From Candidatus Heimdallarchaeota archaeon (GTDB lineage: Archaea; Asgardarchaeota; Heimdallarchaeia; Hodarchaeales; Hodarchaeaceae), in contig CP070665.1 of NCBI GenBank assembly GCA_020351745.1, positions 910,345 to 962,742 of the forward strand: a stretch of DNA of 52,398 nt, in the 5' to 3' direction. The number at the start of each line of letters is the position of its first letter. The first letter of the stretch is position 1. Made by a program: the position numbers and the translations under genes. A model generated the notes under the pieces. The model did not search any database. It had not been told where the DNA came from and was given only the letters and a program-made list of their open reading frames with translations. Shown piece after piece: positions 9,985 to 19,917 of this stretch.

Positions 9985-10356
9985 CTACTTTTTATGAAAC
10001 TGCAGGAGTTCAAAAAGAATTATACCAGGATCCAAATCATCTCCAATAGCTGCTAAAACATTGTTGGTATCCGTTCGTAAAGCAATAAGATAGCGATTAG
10101 CTCTTCCTTCTTTAGCCACGATCCCGCGATTGTTTCGTAAAATCATTTCATATATTTCATTATTAGAAAGCCGAATTGGCATTGGAGGCATATCAGGCTG
10201 AAGAACAGCTAGGAGATTTGAGTTAGTAAGAGCATCCCCAAGAGATTTATCACCTATCTTCCCGATCACTCCTTTATTTATCTCAAAATGCATGAGTACT
10301 TTTAATTTAAGCTCTTTTTGGATATGATTCAAAGGATATGATGATTTTTGCGACAT
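9985..10356 (-). CDS. small cytosolic protein, possible profilin-like (or roadblock-like) fold
   Basis: 123 aa with an ATG start. The C-terminal pattern IYEMILRNNRGIVAKEGRANRYLIALRTDTNNVLAAIGDDLDPGIILFELLQF resembles the profilin pattern KYMVI...VIRGKKG...V.KT...L.IG.Y.E...PG........L..YL as I recall it. The assignment is tentative. Confidence 0.45.
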   Translation of the reverse strand: MSQKSSYPLNHIQKELKLKVLMHFEINKGVIGKIGDKSLGDALTNSNLLAVLQPDMPPMPIRLSNNEIYEMILRNNRGIVAKEGRANRYLIALRTDTNNVLAAIGDDLDPGIILFELLQFHKK

Positions 10357-10470
10357 ATGTATCCTTTATAGAAGAGTTGAGAAGATTGTAAAAAATGTTT
10401 TATTAACTAAAGAAAAATATCATATTTTCAATTTAAACTACGGTAAAAACCTGTTCTATAAAAAAAAGAA

Positions 10471-10890
10471 ATGAGGATCCTTTTTTTGGTGACTTTGACA
10501 TCATATCAACGATTTGAGCTTGTTATAATTCCGAGTTCTTTTCTGTTTGGTCAAATTCTAATATTGATAATTGGATTAAACACCATTGGAAGTGAAACAT
10601 GGTTTATAATTGGGATTCCAGTTCTAATGGGTTTAACAGTCAGCCTCTTTATTGGCTATTTTTTGAAACGAAAAAACATGGTTCATGAGATGGACCAATT
10701 AGAGTCATTATTTCGAGTATTAGTTTTAACAGGAGGCGGAGTTTTAATCCCATTATTATTGGCTCAAGTTTTTAACCTTTTTACCTATTATTACATCTTT
10801 TCGATTCTGTCTCTCATTTTTTCAATATTAGGGGGAACTATGAGCATTTCATGTTTTCTCTTATTCTTCTACTCACGACCTATTCATTAA
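10471..10890 (+). CDS. hypothetical integral membrane protein
   Basis: 139 aa with four hydrophobic segments and an ATG start. No family recognised. Its 3' end overlaps the convergent gene by 11 nt. Confidence 0.45.
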   Translation: MRILFLVTLTSYQRFELVIIPSSFLFGQILILIIGLNTIGSETWFIIGIPVLMGLTVSLFIGYFLKRKNMVHEMDQLESLFRVLVLTGGGVLIPLLLAQVFNLFTYYYIFSILSLIFSILGGTMSISCFLLFFYSRPIH

Positions 10891-11581
10891 CTTTTAAAAT
10901 AATTCGTGCGTCCACAACTGATACTCCCTTTTCTGTAGCAAAAACTGGATTTAAATCAAGTTCTTCGATCTCTGTGTGTCTATCAATAAACTCAGATGTC
11001 TTCATCAGTAAATCAACAAGAGATTTTTTATTTACAGGAGGTTGTCCACGGATTCCGTCCAGTATTTTTGCTGCCTTAATTTCAGAAAGCATTTCTGTTG
11101 CATCCTCGCGTTCTATGGGAATCAAACGGAAAACAACATCCTTCAAAACCTCAACATAAATCCCACCTAAACCAAATGCCAAGATTGGTCCGAACATGGG
11201 ATCAAGAGTAGAACCCACTAATAGTTCAACCCCAGATTCCATCTTTTCAACAACATATCCTTCTATCTTTGCATTAGTGGCTTTTTGAGCAATTTTCTGC
11301 TGCATTATTTCATATTGCTCTTTAAGATCACGGTCATTTCTGATTCCAGTAATGACACCCCCAATATCTGATTTATGAATAATTTCTTGAGAACTAACTT
11401 TTAGTACAACAGGAAATCCAATTTTTTTAGCTTCGGCCAGAATCTCATCCAAATTAGTTCCAAAACCTGTTGGATTAATGGGAAATCCTTCTTGCAATAA
11501 TATTCTCTTTGATTCTTGAACAGTAAGGACTTTTTTCCTTTGTTGTATTGCTTTTTCTAGTAATTGTTGAGCTTCAGACAA
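10880..11581 (-). CDS. ADP-forming acetyl-CoA synthetase beta-subunit-like ATP-grasp protein
   Basis: 233 aa. SKRILLQEGFPINPTGF...EAKKIGFPVVLKVSSQEIIHKSDIGGV...LDLNPVFA is the typical ATP-grasp domain of NDP-forming acyl-CoA synthetases. The start is TTG. No alpha subunit is adjacent. Confidence 0.7.
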   Translation of the reverse strand: MSEAQQLLEKAIQQRKKVLTVQESKRILLQEGFPINPTGFGTNLDEILAEAKKIGFPVVLKVSSQEIIHKSDIGGVITGIRNDRDLKEQYEIMQQKIAQKATNAKIEGYVVEKMESGVELLVGSTLDPMFGPILAFGLGGIYVEVLKDVVFRLIPIEREDATEMLSEIKAAKILDGIRGQPPVNKKSLVDLLMKTSEFIDRHTEIEELDLNPVFATEKGVSVVDARIILKVNE

Positions 11582-11733
11582 CCTTTCTCCATCTCTTCAT
11601 CATAATTTTTTTAAAACTAAGCCAAGAAACTGCTTTATTTTAATGGTAGATAGACACTTTAGCTACATTTTGAAGTTTTTGATTTACTTCAAGGAAAAAG
11701 ACTTCTCATTAGCAATTTTGTAATACCACTTAA

Positions 11734-12639
11734 TCAGTAATCCGAAGGTATCAACTTAATCATAACTTTTGTCACTCCATGAATCCGTATCCCATCGCGA
11801 CTTTCTCCTTGTAAAATTGTAGCAAATTCAGTGTCTTCACCCAATAAGTCACAGTAATCAGAAATAATAGCATATATTGCCGCTTGGGTTCCTAAACTCC
11901 GAACTCCTGCTAGAACAAGAACCCAATAATTTTTTGCTTCAGGATTTTGAAACAAAGCGATTAATCCATGAGCAGGGTGAGAAAAATTTCTATTATGGCT
12001 TATAATTCGATTTTCACTGAAATAGATATCAAATTTAGACTTAAGAACCTCGTTATAAAATGCTGTCAAAGTGTTGGTGATATGTCCTCCGATTAATATC
12101 AAGTTAGTCTTTTTATTGCCATTAACTTTGTTATAGTTCAAGTCTGTACTTACATAATGGGGAACGAAGCCTTTTTGCATTGTAATGTGATTTCCTAAAT
12201 ACCAACAGAGCTCCCCAGTAAGAAATCCATCACGAGAAATCGCATCATACCTTCCATGTGGTTCCGCACTACCAACTACAATTTTACCCACGAATTTTCC
12301 GTTATTACAAAAATTCTTAGAAAAAATCTTATCAAATGTTGTTTTACTGTCATTAACGTCTTGTTTCGATAAAGACAACATAAACTGATTAGCTATGGGT
12401 TTAAAAAGTTTAGCACGACCACGTTTGATTGGGCGAACTCCAACTGGTATAAGTAAACCTGCCTCTCGCAGTTGAGTCAAATGATAATGAACCTTCTGTT
12501 CCGACAATCCTAATATTTTGGCAATGCTTTTTGCATAAAGTGTTTCGTCATTAGATAAAAGTTTCATTATCTGCCATCGGATATTGTGGGCTAAAACCTG
12601 TGCTTTTTTCGGCGAAATATTGTACAAATTCCGTATCAA
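11734..12639 (-). CDS. winged-helix (ArsR-like) transcription regulator with an uncharacterised C-terminal domain
   Basis: The N-terminus AQVLAHNIRWQIMKLLSNDETLYAKSIAKILGLSEQKVHYHLTQLREAGLL is a classic ArsR-type HTH. The ~200-aa C-terminal domain is not recognised. The track start is TTG. Confidence 0.65.
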   Translation of the reverse strand: MIRNLYNISPKKAQVLAHNIRWQIMKLLSNDETLYAKSIAKILGLSEQKVHYHLTQLREAGLLIPVGVRPIKRGRAKLFKPIANQFMLSLSKQDVNDSKTTFDKIFSKNFCNNGKFVGKIVVGSAEPHGRYDAISRDGFLTGELCWYLGNHITMQKGFVPHYVSTDLNYNKVNGNKKTNLILIGGHITNTLTAFYNEVLKSKFDIYFSENRIISHNRNFSHPAHGLIALFQNPEAKNYWVLVLAGVRSLGTQAAIYAIISDYCDLLGEDTEFATILQGESRDGIRIHGVTKVMIKLIPSDY

Positions 12640-12983
12640 TTAAATAACATCCCCTCGGAAGATTTTTGTAAGATTTTAAGATATGTATAAGTTTTTCCAA
12701 GGATTACTGATCCAAATTAAACTAGATCAGTGGGAGATTAAGATTAGTTATATCGCTTTTCTCTCCGATTAAAAATAGTTTTCATGAAAACAAGTGAATT
12801 AAAGCCTATTTGTTCCTCTTTAGAATTGTAGTAATACTTCTTGAGATGTTTATTATCTCTTAACTTCAGGAAAAGCTAAAGCATAAACATTTAAATCCTT
12901 TCATTGGTATATCATATAGTTTCATTATTCTCTTAATTACGAACCATTCTATTCAAATGAAAATCAGGGTTGAAGCTCAGAAA

Positions 12984-14813
12984 ATGTGTGGAATCATTGC
13001 AATCACAACAAGTTCAAAAGCCAATGTCTCGAAAATGATCACTACCAGTTTAAAAAAGCTTGAATATCGTGGCTATGACAGTGTGGGAATTGCTACCATT
13101 AATAATGGGAAAATTGAGATGTTAAAAGATATTGGGACTATTGATAAAGTCAATAAAAGATTATCTTTAGAGAGCCTTCCAGGAACGATTGGAATTGGCC
13201 ATACTCGCTGGGCTACTCACGGCTCAATCAGCCAAGAAAATGCTCATCCGCACTCTGATTGCACAGGAAATACTATAGTTGTCCATAATGGGATTATTGA
13301 AAATTATCTAGAACTGAGGAATACTCTCCAAGAAAATGGCCATAGATTTTCATCAGAAACTGACTCTGAAGTTATTGCTCATCTTATGGAGGAAGAATTA
13401 AAAAAAAATAATCAAAAATTATCAGTTATTAATGCTTTTAAGAGGGTTTTGACTAAAATAGAAGGAACTTATGCAATCACCTTAATCCATTCCGGAGAAC
13501 CCGATACAATCTTTTTAGCCCGAAAGGACAGCCCCTTGGTGATTGGTGTCCGAGAAGATACGAAATTTGCTGCAAGTGATATTCCAGCTTTTCTGGAATA
13601 TACAAAAAAGGTAATCGTTCTGAAAAATGGTGAAATTGCCACCTTAACTCCTCAAGCCGTCTATATTGAGAAAAATGGCTTTAGAGTTCAACCAAAACCT
13701 GTTATTATATCTTGGACCGCCGAGAGCGCTCAAAAAAGTGGTTATCCCCATTTCATGCTGAAAGAAATCCATGAACAACCAATTGCTCTTAAAAATACTC
13801 TGAATACAGACCCAGCTGCGATTATGAAGGCCTCTAACAAAATATTAAAAGCAGAAAGAATTATATTTTTGGCTTGTGGGACAAGCTATCACGCAGCATT
13901 GACTGGCTACAATCAACTTCATCGGATTCTTGGGAAAAAACCATTGTATAAAGTAATTGCTTCAGAATATGAAACCTACTCTCATCTGATTGATGAAGAT
14001 ACTTTAATCATTGCTATTAGTCAATCTGGTGAAACTCTGGATGTGATGAAAGGATTAACACCTGCTCGTAAACTGGGTGCCTCAATTATTTCAGTAGCAA
14101 ATGTTATTGACTCCTCCATTCCACGTTATAGTCATATTTCTCTTTATACGAAAGCTGGACCAGAGATCGGGGTTGCTGCAACCAAAACCCATACTGCACA
14201 GGTAGCTCTCCTCGCACGGTTAGCACTTCAAGTAGAACATGATATTGGTCTTACAAACAGAAGTGAATTCACTCAAAATCTTGAGGATCTCATCACAGAA
14301 GCACCTCAAATAACTCGTACAATCATCAATCAAAATGAATTCAAAGCTAAAAGATTAGCATCAAGGATTTCAAATCAAAACCATGCTTATTTTCTCGCAA
14401 GGGGTTTTAATATGCCTATAGCCCTAGAAGGAGCTTTGAAACTTAAAGAAATTTCGTATATCCACGCAGAAGCATTTCCTGCGGGTGAAAGTAAGCACGG
14501 ACCTATTGCAATTGTAGAACCAAATTTTCCAGTAGTCATGATTGCTCCAAATGATTGGACTGCTAAAAAGATGCTAAGCAATACTGAAGAAATGCTTGCA
14601 CGAGGTGCATACATCATTTCTGTAACAGAACAAGACCACACCATTATTGAACGATCTGATTATTCTTTTATTCTGCCCGTAACATCTTTGTCACTACTTA
14701 GGCCCTTAACTCATATATTACCTCTGCAAATGCTTGCATACTACACCGCTGTTCGACGTGGTTTTGATCCTGACAAACCAAAGAATTTAGCCAAAACGGT
14801 AACAGTTGAATAG
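12984..14813 (+). CDS. glmS: glutamine--fructose-6-phosphate aminotransferase (isomerising)
   Basis: MCGIIAI begins the N-terminal nucleophile glutaminase domain, followed by two SIS domains (GTSYHAA, SQSGET) and a C-terminal ...KPKNLAKTVTVE. The start is moved to ATG 12984 because the Ntn Cys must follow the initiator Met. The track ORF starts 27 nt upstream. Confidence 0.92.
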   Translation: MCGIIAITTSSKANVSKMITTSLKKLEYRGYDSVGIATINNGKIEMLKDIGTIDKVNKRLSLESLPGTIGIGHTRWATHGSISQENAHPHSDCTGNTIVVHNGIIENYLELRNTLQENGHRFSSETDSEVIAHLMEEELKKNNQKLSVINAFKRVLTKIEGTYAITLIHSGEPDTIFLARKDSPLVIGVREDTKFAASDIPAFLEYTKKVIVLKNGEIATLTPQAVYIEKNGFRVQPKPVIISWTAESAQKSGYPHFMLKEIHEQPIALKNTLNTDPAAIMKASNKILKAERIIFLACGTSYHAALTGYNQLHRILGKKPLYKVIASEYETYSHLIDEDTLIIAISQSGETLDVMKGLTPARKLGASIISVANVIDSSIPRYSHISLYTKAGPEIGVAATKTHTAQVALLARLALQVEHDIGLTNRSEFTQNLEDLITEAPQITRTIINQNEFKAKRLASRISNQNHAYFLARGFNMPIALEGALKLKEISYIHAEAFPAGESKHGPIAIVEPNFPVVMIAPNDWTAKKMLSNTEEMLARGAYIISVTEQDHTIIERSDYSFILPVTSLSLLRPLTHILPLQMLAYYTAVRRGFDPDKPKNLAKTVTVE

Positions 14814-14901
14814 ATGGCGTATCCGGACTATTATTATGATTCCTTACCAGAATGTGATCATGCTACAGCTTCAGCATTTTCAATGGTGCATCAATAACTT
14901 C

Positions 14902-15234
14902 TTATTGGAGTAGAGCTTCCAGTTTTTCAGAACGATCAGATTTCCCTTCCTCTTCTTCCTCTTCTACTGGAATTCTATAGAACTTGTTTTCATTTCCTAC
15001 CTGCACACAGATAGCTCCTGGAAGATGGTGCCTGGGATCCAACTTTTCGGAAAACTCGTGAAAATGATCTACAATTTCATCTCTAGTCTCTGAAACTGCA
15101 ATTACTCGGCTGCCATACAGTAACACCCATTTCCCTTTACATATTGCTTTTCTTAGAAGAGCCTGTATGCTCCAATAAGATTTTTCCTCTTGAAGATAGT
15201 GGTCTAGGAGTGTCAAATGATTTCTTCCATACAA
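14902..15234 (-). CDS. hypothetical small protein
   Basis: 110 aa with a TTG start. The KGKWVLLYGSRVIAVSETRDEIVDHF pattern occurs in small archaeal proteins of unknown function. The tail is acidic. Weak call. Confidence 0.4.
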   Translation of the reverse strand: MYGRNHLTLLDHYLQEEKSYWSIQALLRKAICKGKWVLLYGSRVIAVSETRDEIVDHFHEFSEKLDPRHHLPGAICVQVGNENKFYRIPVEEEEEEGKSDRSEKLEALLQ

Positions 15235-15461
15235 TTGATGACAATTGCACTAAAAGGAAAAAAATCATGTTACTTCCTGATTAGCTATTAAAAAAGCTTA
15301 TGGTTGTATATTTTTTCTCATGAAAAAAAAGCGCAATAAGAACCTGAAATATTTAATTAATTGCCATTGAATGAATATTGGGACGAATTGGCAAATAGAA
15401 TTGATTTTTTCTCTTATCTATCATCTCTCTGGGGTTCACTTTGAAAGGATAAAAAGAAAAA

Positions 15462-16010
15462 TCAAATTGGTTCGAAAAGAATCCAAAAATGTAAAGCCAA
15501 ACCCAAAAATAGGCTCATAAAAACGAGACGAATTGCGGAGCCAATGATCCGTTCACGAATTGTACGATCTTTACTAGTTTCTACAAAGAAAACCAACCAC
15601 AGAGTTGATAAAATACCTAGAATTGAGAAAATAAGTGCAAGACCATAATAAAGATTAGTATCAAATAAATAAACATCGGTTCCAAATATGTTTATATGGG
15701 GATCCCAAGGAGGAAATTCAGCAGTATCTGTTGTATTTGTCTCTTCGGTTGTTATTGCTGTTGTATTAGTTGTTGTTGTATTAGTAGGAGTTGTGGTTGT
15801 ATTTGTTATATCATCTTGCAAAACAACCTTTTTAATCTTAATTTCAAACGATGAGATGTCTGTTTCAGAAGCGTATTTACCTTTATAAGATGGATATTGA
15901 TCATTCTCCGAATTTTGTACAGAGAAAATCATTGAGCTGGAGACGACATTGATAAGGATAATCACTGAAATAATGCAAATTGATAGGCATCGAATGTGTT
16001 TTAAGGGCAT
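15462..16010 (-). CDS. secreted or membrane protein with a Thr/Asn-rich linker
   Basis: Has an N-terminal signal or anchor (LSICIISVIILINVV), a TNTTTTPTNTTTTNTTAITTEETNTTDT linker that looks like a glycosylation region, and two C-terminal TM segments. Confidence 0.5.
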   Translation of the reverse strand: MPLKHIRCLSICIISVIILINVVSSSMIFSVQNSENDQYPSYKGKYASETDISSFEIKIKKVVLQDDITNTTTTPTNTTTTNTTAITTEETNTTDTAEFPPWDPHINIFGTDVYLFDTNLYYGLALIFSILGILSTLWLVFFVETSKDRTIRERIIGSAIRLVFMSLFLGLALHFWILFEPI

Positions 16011-16625
16011 TATTTTTTCTTACTCCAAGGATTGGGCTCAGATTTGAACCTTTTTCATCGAATTTTGCTTAAAGGAATCTTCTTTAAAAGGTAGTTGCAT
16101 TTTGTTATTTCTTTTCCATTTACGCTTTATTAGAGAAAAAGTCTATGATCCTTTTTCTTTCTAAGATAGAGAGATTTCTTTGTCTAAAGCACCATTTATC
16201 TTTTGAAATATGTTTCTAAGCTAGATACTCTTATCAAATCCAATTACATAACATATCTTAGTGAGACTTAGACAAAACAAGCCATACAAAAAATTATCGC
16301 GAAGAAAGAAGATATATTTGCTTTATTCTCAAAAACGGCATTGACTTACTTCAGGAGTGGAAACAAACAAATATAGGTAGTCATTTGATTAAGGAAAGGG
16401 AGAAGCCTTTAAAAGTACCGATTGATAATATATAGAATTCTTAGCTCTTATTCTAATTCAATTGGTTATCAGAAAAATCAATAGTAGAGAAAGTAACAAT
16501 ATGACTCCTTAAATATTTAACAATCCTTAAGAATTACCATTAAACTATCTTAAATAGAAGGAAAAACCTACAAAATTTAGTATGTGTCTTCTTGAGAAAA
16601 AAAGAGAAATATAGCTCAATCTTAG

Positions 16626-16718
16626 GCGCTGATAGTCTAGTCTGGTTAGGACTCCAGCCTTCCATTCTCATTAAAGAGGAGATAGCTGGCTACCCGGGTT
16701 CAAATCCCGGTCGGCGCA
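16626..16718 (+). tRNA. tRNA-Gly(TCC) with one canonical (37/38) intron of ~19 nt
   Basis: Hand fold: acceptor GCGCTGA/TCGGCGC, D arm GTCT..GGAC, anticodon arm CCAGC-CTTCCA[ttctcattaaagaggagat]A-GCTGG, T arm CCGGG-TTCAAAT-CCCGG, discriminator A. No encoded CCA. Confidence 0.9.
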
Positions 16719-16738
16719 TTTTAATCTCGAAATTTCTT

Positions 16739-17980
16739 TTAGGAGGGAACATATCTTAAAATTGCGCAGATTCCTCCGAAACTTTGTATTTGTCGTCCTT
16801 CTTCTGTTTGTGGATTGATTATTTCAATGGTAGCACCTGTTTTTTCAGCTAAGTCTCCTAGATCCATAATAAGATCTTTGCTATTAACTTCCCAATTAAT
16901 AACCTTACATTGATGACACTGTTGTTTTTGGAAAACGGATATATAGTTCCCTACTTCAGCTGGTTTCAGTGTTTTCTCTTCCCTATATCCGCAATTCTGA
17001 CATTCACTTTCTACTCGAACTAAATCGATTCCCTTAGAAACTAGTAGGACATCAACAGCTCCCATTAGAAGATTTTCACGCACCTCCTTCTCTCCATAAT
17101 TAGCTTTTCCCTCCATTAAAGCATTTAAAAATTGATGAACCAGTCGTTTTTCTTCTATAAGGACAACACCTTCTAAGATGTCGTCTGATTCAGCCACAAG
17201 TTCGTTAATTCCGCTCTTATCTCCTCCATATCCTAAATCTTTTATTCCCACTATTTTATCCTTCAGTCTGTTATCAAAATGTTCAACAACTTGATCCTTT
17301 ATTTGACCTGGCCCACCAATAATCACCCCTTTTAATTCAGACTGAGCTTCTTCAATGAAAATCTGCTTCATATCATCTGCGACGCGTTTTAGAAATCGTG
17401 CAACAGCTTCTTCACGTAATCTGGCGAAGCGGACGCTACTCTGACCTCCTTTACGATGTTTTTTTGCAGCTCCACTTCGGGTGCTCTTTACAATCTCGAT
17501 TTGATCCCCTTTTAGAGTTCCTATTGTAGCTTTAGCACTATCTATAGCTAATAAAGCGTATGTATCTTTTTCAACTAAGCGATCAATTAAATGGTCAACA
17601 TGAAAGCGATTATCACATACGTATAACTTACGAGATATTGGATCAGGAGGTTCAAACACATAAGATTCGAGCTTATAGTCTTTATGACCAGAATCAGCAG
17701 TTGCTCCTGCAAAGATTGCTATGCCTGATGCTGGTGATTTATGCCCGTATAGTTTGAGTTTTCCAATTACATTTCTTAACGCTGAAACAACATTCTTCTG
17801 GGTGAACTTGCTACGAATGTTAGTCGCGGTACCCACTTCATCTGTTAATTCTTGGACAAAATCAGCGATAGCTCTGTTAGGAGGCACATATAACGATATT
17901 AAACAAGTACTGCCATCTGGAGATTCCTTTTTTTGTAAGTTAGTGAGCATTTTCTCAAGTTTATACTGCTTAAAGCTCAT
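16739..17980 (-). CDS. prf1: peptide chain release factor aRF1
   Basis: Has the GGQ motif (HRKGGQSSVRF), YxCxxxF (YVCDNRF) and a NIKS-region variant (TATNIRSKF). The C-terminal domain carries a CxxC...CxxC insert. ATG start. Confidence 0.9.
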   Translation of the reverse strand: MSFKQYKLEKMLTNLQKKESPDGSTCLISLYVPPNRAIADFVQELTDEVGTATNIRSKFTQKNVVSALRNVIGKLKLYGHKSPASGIAIFAGATADSGHKDYKLESYVFEPPDPISRKLYVCDNRFHVDHLIDRLVEKDTYALLAIDSAKATIGTLKGDQIEIVKSTRSGAAKKHRKGGQSSVRFARLREEAVARFLKRVADDMKQIFIEEAQSELKGVIIGGPGQIKDQVVEHFDNRLKDKIVGIKDLGYGGDKSGINELVAESDDILEGVVLIEEKRLVHQFLNALMEGKANYGEKEVRENLLMGAVDVLLVSKGIDLVRVESECQNCGYREEKTLKPAEVGNYISVFQKQQCHQCKVINWEVNSKDLIMDLGDLAEKTGATIEIINPQTEEGRQIQSFGGICAILRYVPS

Positions 17981-18055
17981 CCCATATCACGTATATTGAT
18001 CTTTAACAAATTCCTCAATATTTATTGATTTCAGTGTTGTATAAAAAAACCCTAG

Positions 18056-19057
18056 TCAGCCGATGATAGCTGAATATTTGGGAAAATTACCCATAAATTC
18101 CTTAATTGTCAGTTGTTGCCAATCACAAGCTGGTGAGTATTCTACAAAATCAATACTGAGAACATTAGCAGAGTTTTTATGACATAATAGCACAATTTCT
18201 CTTAGAGTAGCAAAAATTTCATTAGATTGGTTTTTTAAGCTGATTTTCTTGTTTTTTTCAAAAGTTTCTAGATTTGGGAAAAAATGTAAGTATTTTCCTA
18301 ATAGAAGTGGTGTGTTTGAATGATTTTCAAAATTCTTTTCTTTAAACATCTGTTCTATATTCATTGAATGGCCAATGATTTTGTTTCTATGCCAATAATT
18401 CGAATAACCTAAAAATGCTGTGTGAGAAAGCCGATAATAATCTAAATCTATACTTAAGTATATTTTTTTACCTCTTAACCAAGCATGAAGACCATGGCTA
18501 GATATTAGTTTTTTCACATTTGGCTCAATGAAGGCGAAAAGAGAAGTAGCATTTTCAATATCATGACTAGTATCGGCCCATCCCCCAATCACAGTAGTAA
18601 TACTTGCAAGCTCTTTAGTAATCCATGCTCCATGCATTTTTTGGGAATCTGATAAATCAAGATGAGCATCAATTGTAATAATACCGAAGTCGTCTCCAAA
18701 TTTTTCCCAATAATCTAAAGCAATGTATCGAGAGGGAGCATGGGATGTTGCGATATTAATGAGATGGCGATTATCCTCCCAACCTATCTCAGAAATATCC
18801 TTAAAGCTCTTGGTACCAAAAATTCTTTCATGGGTAGAACTTTTGAGTAGAGTGTGGAAACTTTTCATGAAATATGAATCAATAAGACCAGAAAAATTGA
18901 TATATGGGTATTTTTTCTTTAATTCTTGAATTTTAATTACAGTCCAGTACTCTTCAGCCCAGAATAATGATGTTCCATATGTTTGAGGTAGAACACAATG
19001 AGGAAATCCTATTGAAGCATTTGAATAACCATTAAAAGAGAGATTGGGGATTGTCAT
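18056..19057 (-). CDS. divergent arginase/agmatinase-fold (ureohydrolase superfamily) protein
   Basis: Has the motifs IITIDAHLDLS and IYLSIDLDYY (DAHxD and DxDxxD-like metal ligands) and a C-terminal SIDFVEYSP. The first GGDHS-type motif is not recognisable. Lies 7 nt downstream of pyrH. Confidence 0.45.
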   Translation of the reverse strand: MTIPNLSFNGYSNASIGFPHCVLPQTYGTSLFWAEEYWTVIKIQELKKKYPYINFSGLIDSYFMKSFHTLLKSSTHERIFGTKSFKDISEIGWEDNRHLINIATSHAPSRYIALDYWEKFGDDFGIITIDAHLDLSDSQKMHGAWITKELASITTVIGGWADTSHDIENATSLFAFIEPNVKKLISSHGLHAWLRGKKIYLSIDLDYYRLSHTAFLGYSNYWHRNKIIGHSMNIEQMFKEKNFENHSNTPLLLGKYLHFFPNLETFEKNKKISLKNQSNEIFATLREIVLLCHKNSANVLSIDFVEYSPACDWQQLTIKEFMGNFPKYSAIIG

Positions 19058-19064
19058 ATGCGTT

Positions 19065-19745
19065 TCATTTATTCTGAATTACTGTTCCAACTGTTTTTCC
19101 ATTGATTGCTTGCTTAATTTTATCGACGGCCTTTTCTACAACAATGATTCGAATATTAGTGCGTTCACAAATTTTAGCAGCAATAAGAGTAAATGGGGCA
19201 TTTGATCCAGCACTCAAAGATAATGGAGATACAATTTCATAAAATTCATTGTAAGTCAATTCCTCGTATTTTTTCGCATCAGAATATTGTTTCGGATCTT
19301 TATCATAAATTCCATCAACGTTCGTGACGTTTACAAGGATGGGAGAACCGTATAAATCAGCTAGAATAGCTGCATCTTCATCAGTTTTAATGGCTGTTAA
19401 AAATCCTCCAGAAATGCCGACATCATGCGTCTGAAGATCTTCAGTCAATTTTTTCACAGTAGTAGGCAAAATGGGTGAGCAATATCCTTTAAAATAGTAG
19501 GTTAATAATTGGGCATTAAGCCAAGTTGCGGCAATTCCCATATAGTCCCGTTCACCTTCAGTTAATCCATCAGGTAATCCTGAAATGTATTGTCGAGCAA
19601 CTTTCCCACCACCACATACAATCATAAATTTGTACTGGTGAACGAGCTCTTTAATCGCTACAGAAAAATCTTCAAGGAACTTGCGATCAATATTACCAGG
19701 ATTGATGACACTTCCCCCCAAAGACAGTGTAATCAAAGGTTTCAT
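19065..19745 (-). CDS. pyrH: uridylate kinase (archaeal type)
   Basis: Amino-acid kinase fold: LSLGGSVI, MIVCGGGKVARQY, and a C-terminal GTVI. The start is set at ATG 19745 (MKPLITLSLGG). The track ORF extends 12 codons further upstream. Confidence 0.85.
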   Translation of the reverse strand: MKPLITLSLGGSVINPGNIDRKFLEDFSVAIKELVHQYKFMIVCGGGKVARQYISGLPDGLTEGERDYMGIAATWLNAQLLTYYFKGYCSPILPTTVKKLTEDLQTHDVGISGGFLTAIKTDEDAAILADLYGSPILVNVTNVDGIYDKDPKQYSDAKKYEELTYNEFYEIVSPLSLSAGSNAPFTLIAAKICERTNIRIIVVEKAVDKIKQAINGKTVGTVIQNK

Positions 19746-19917
19746 CTTTTTAATCTCCAAAAGTATCAATATATTATCCATTTAATTCTCTTTTTTTGAT
19801 TTCTCTCTTTTGAAAAAAGCATCCCAAGCATACTCCCTCATGAATCTAATCTATTCTCTTGTGTCCCATCGATTGATAGGGAACTAAGTGATATTTCTCC
19901 ATTAACGTATCAGAATA

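Noticed and set aside
10851-11159. 102-aa plus-strand ORF
   Set aside because: It is entirely antisense to the well-supported ATP-grasp (AcdB-like) gene, and its Ser-rich product is a typical shadow-frame artefact.
14814-14897. 27-codon ORF (MAYPDYYYDSLPECDHATASAFSMVHQ) starting 1 nt after the glmS stop
   Set aside because: Too short, with no RBS and no recognisable family. It cannot be distinguished from noise without conservation data.
16904-17002. CxxC...CxxC zinc-ribbon insert in the C-terminal domain of aRF1
   Set aside because: As far as I recall, comparable Cys-rich inserts occur in the C-domain of other archaeal aRF1 proteins, so I do not count it as novel.
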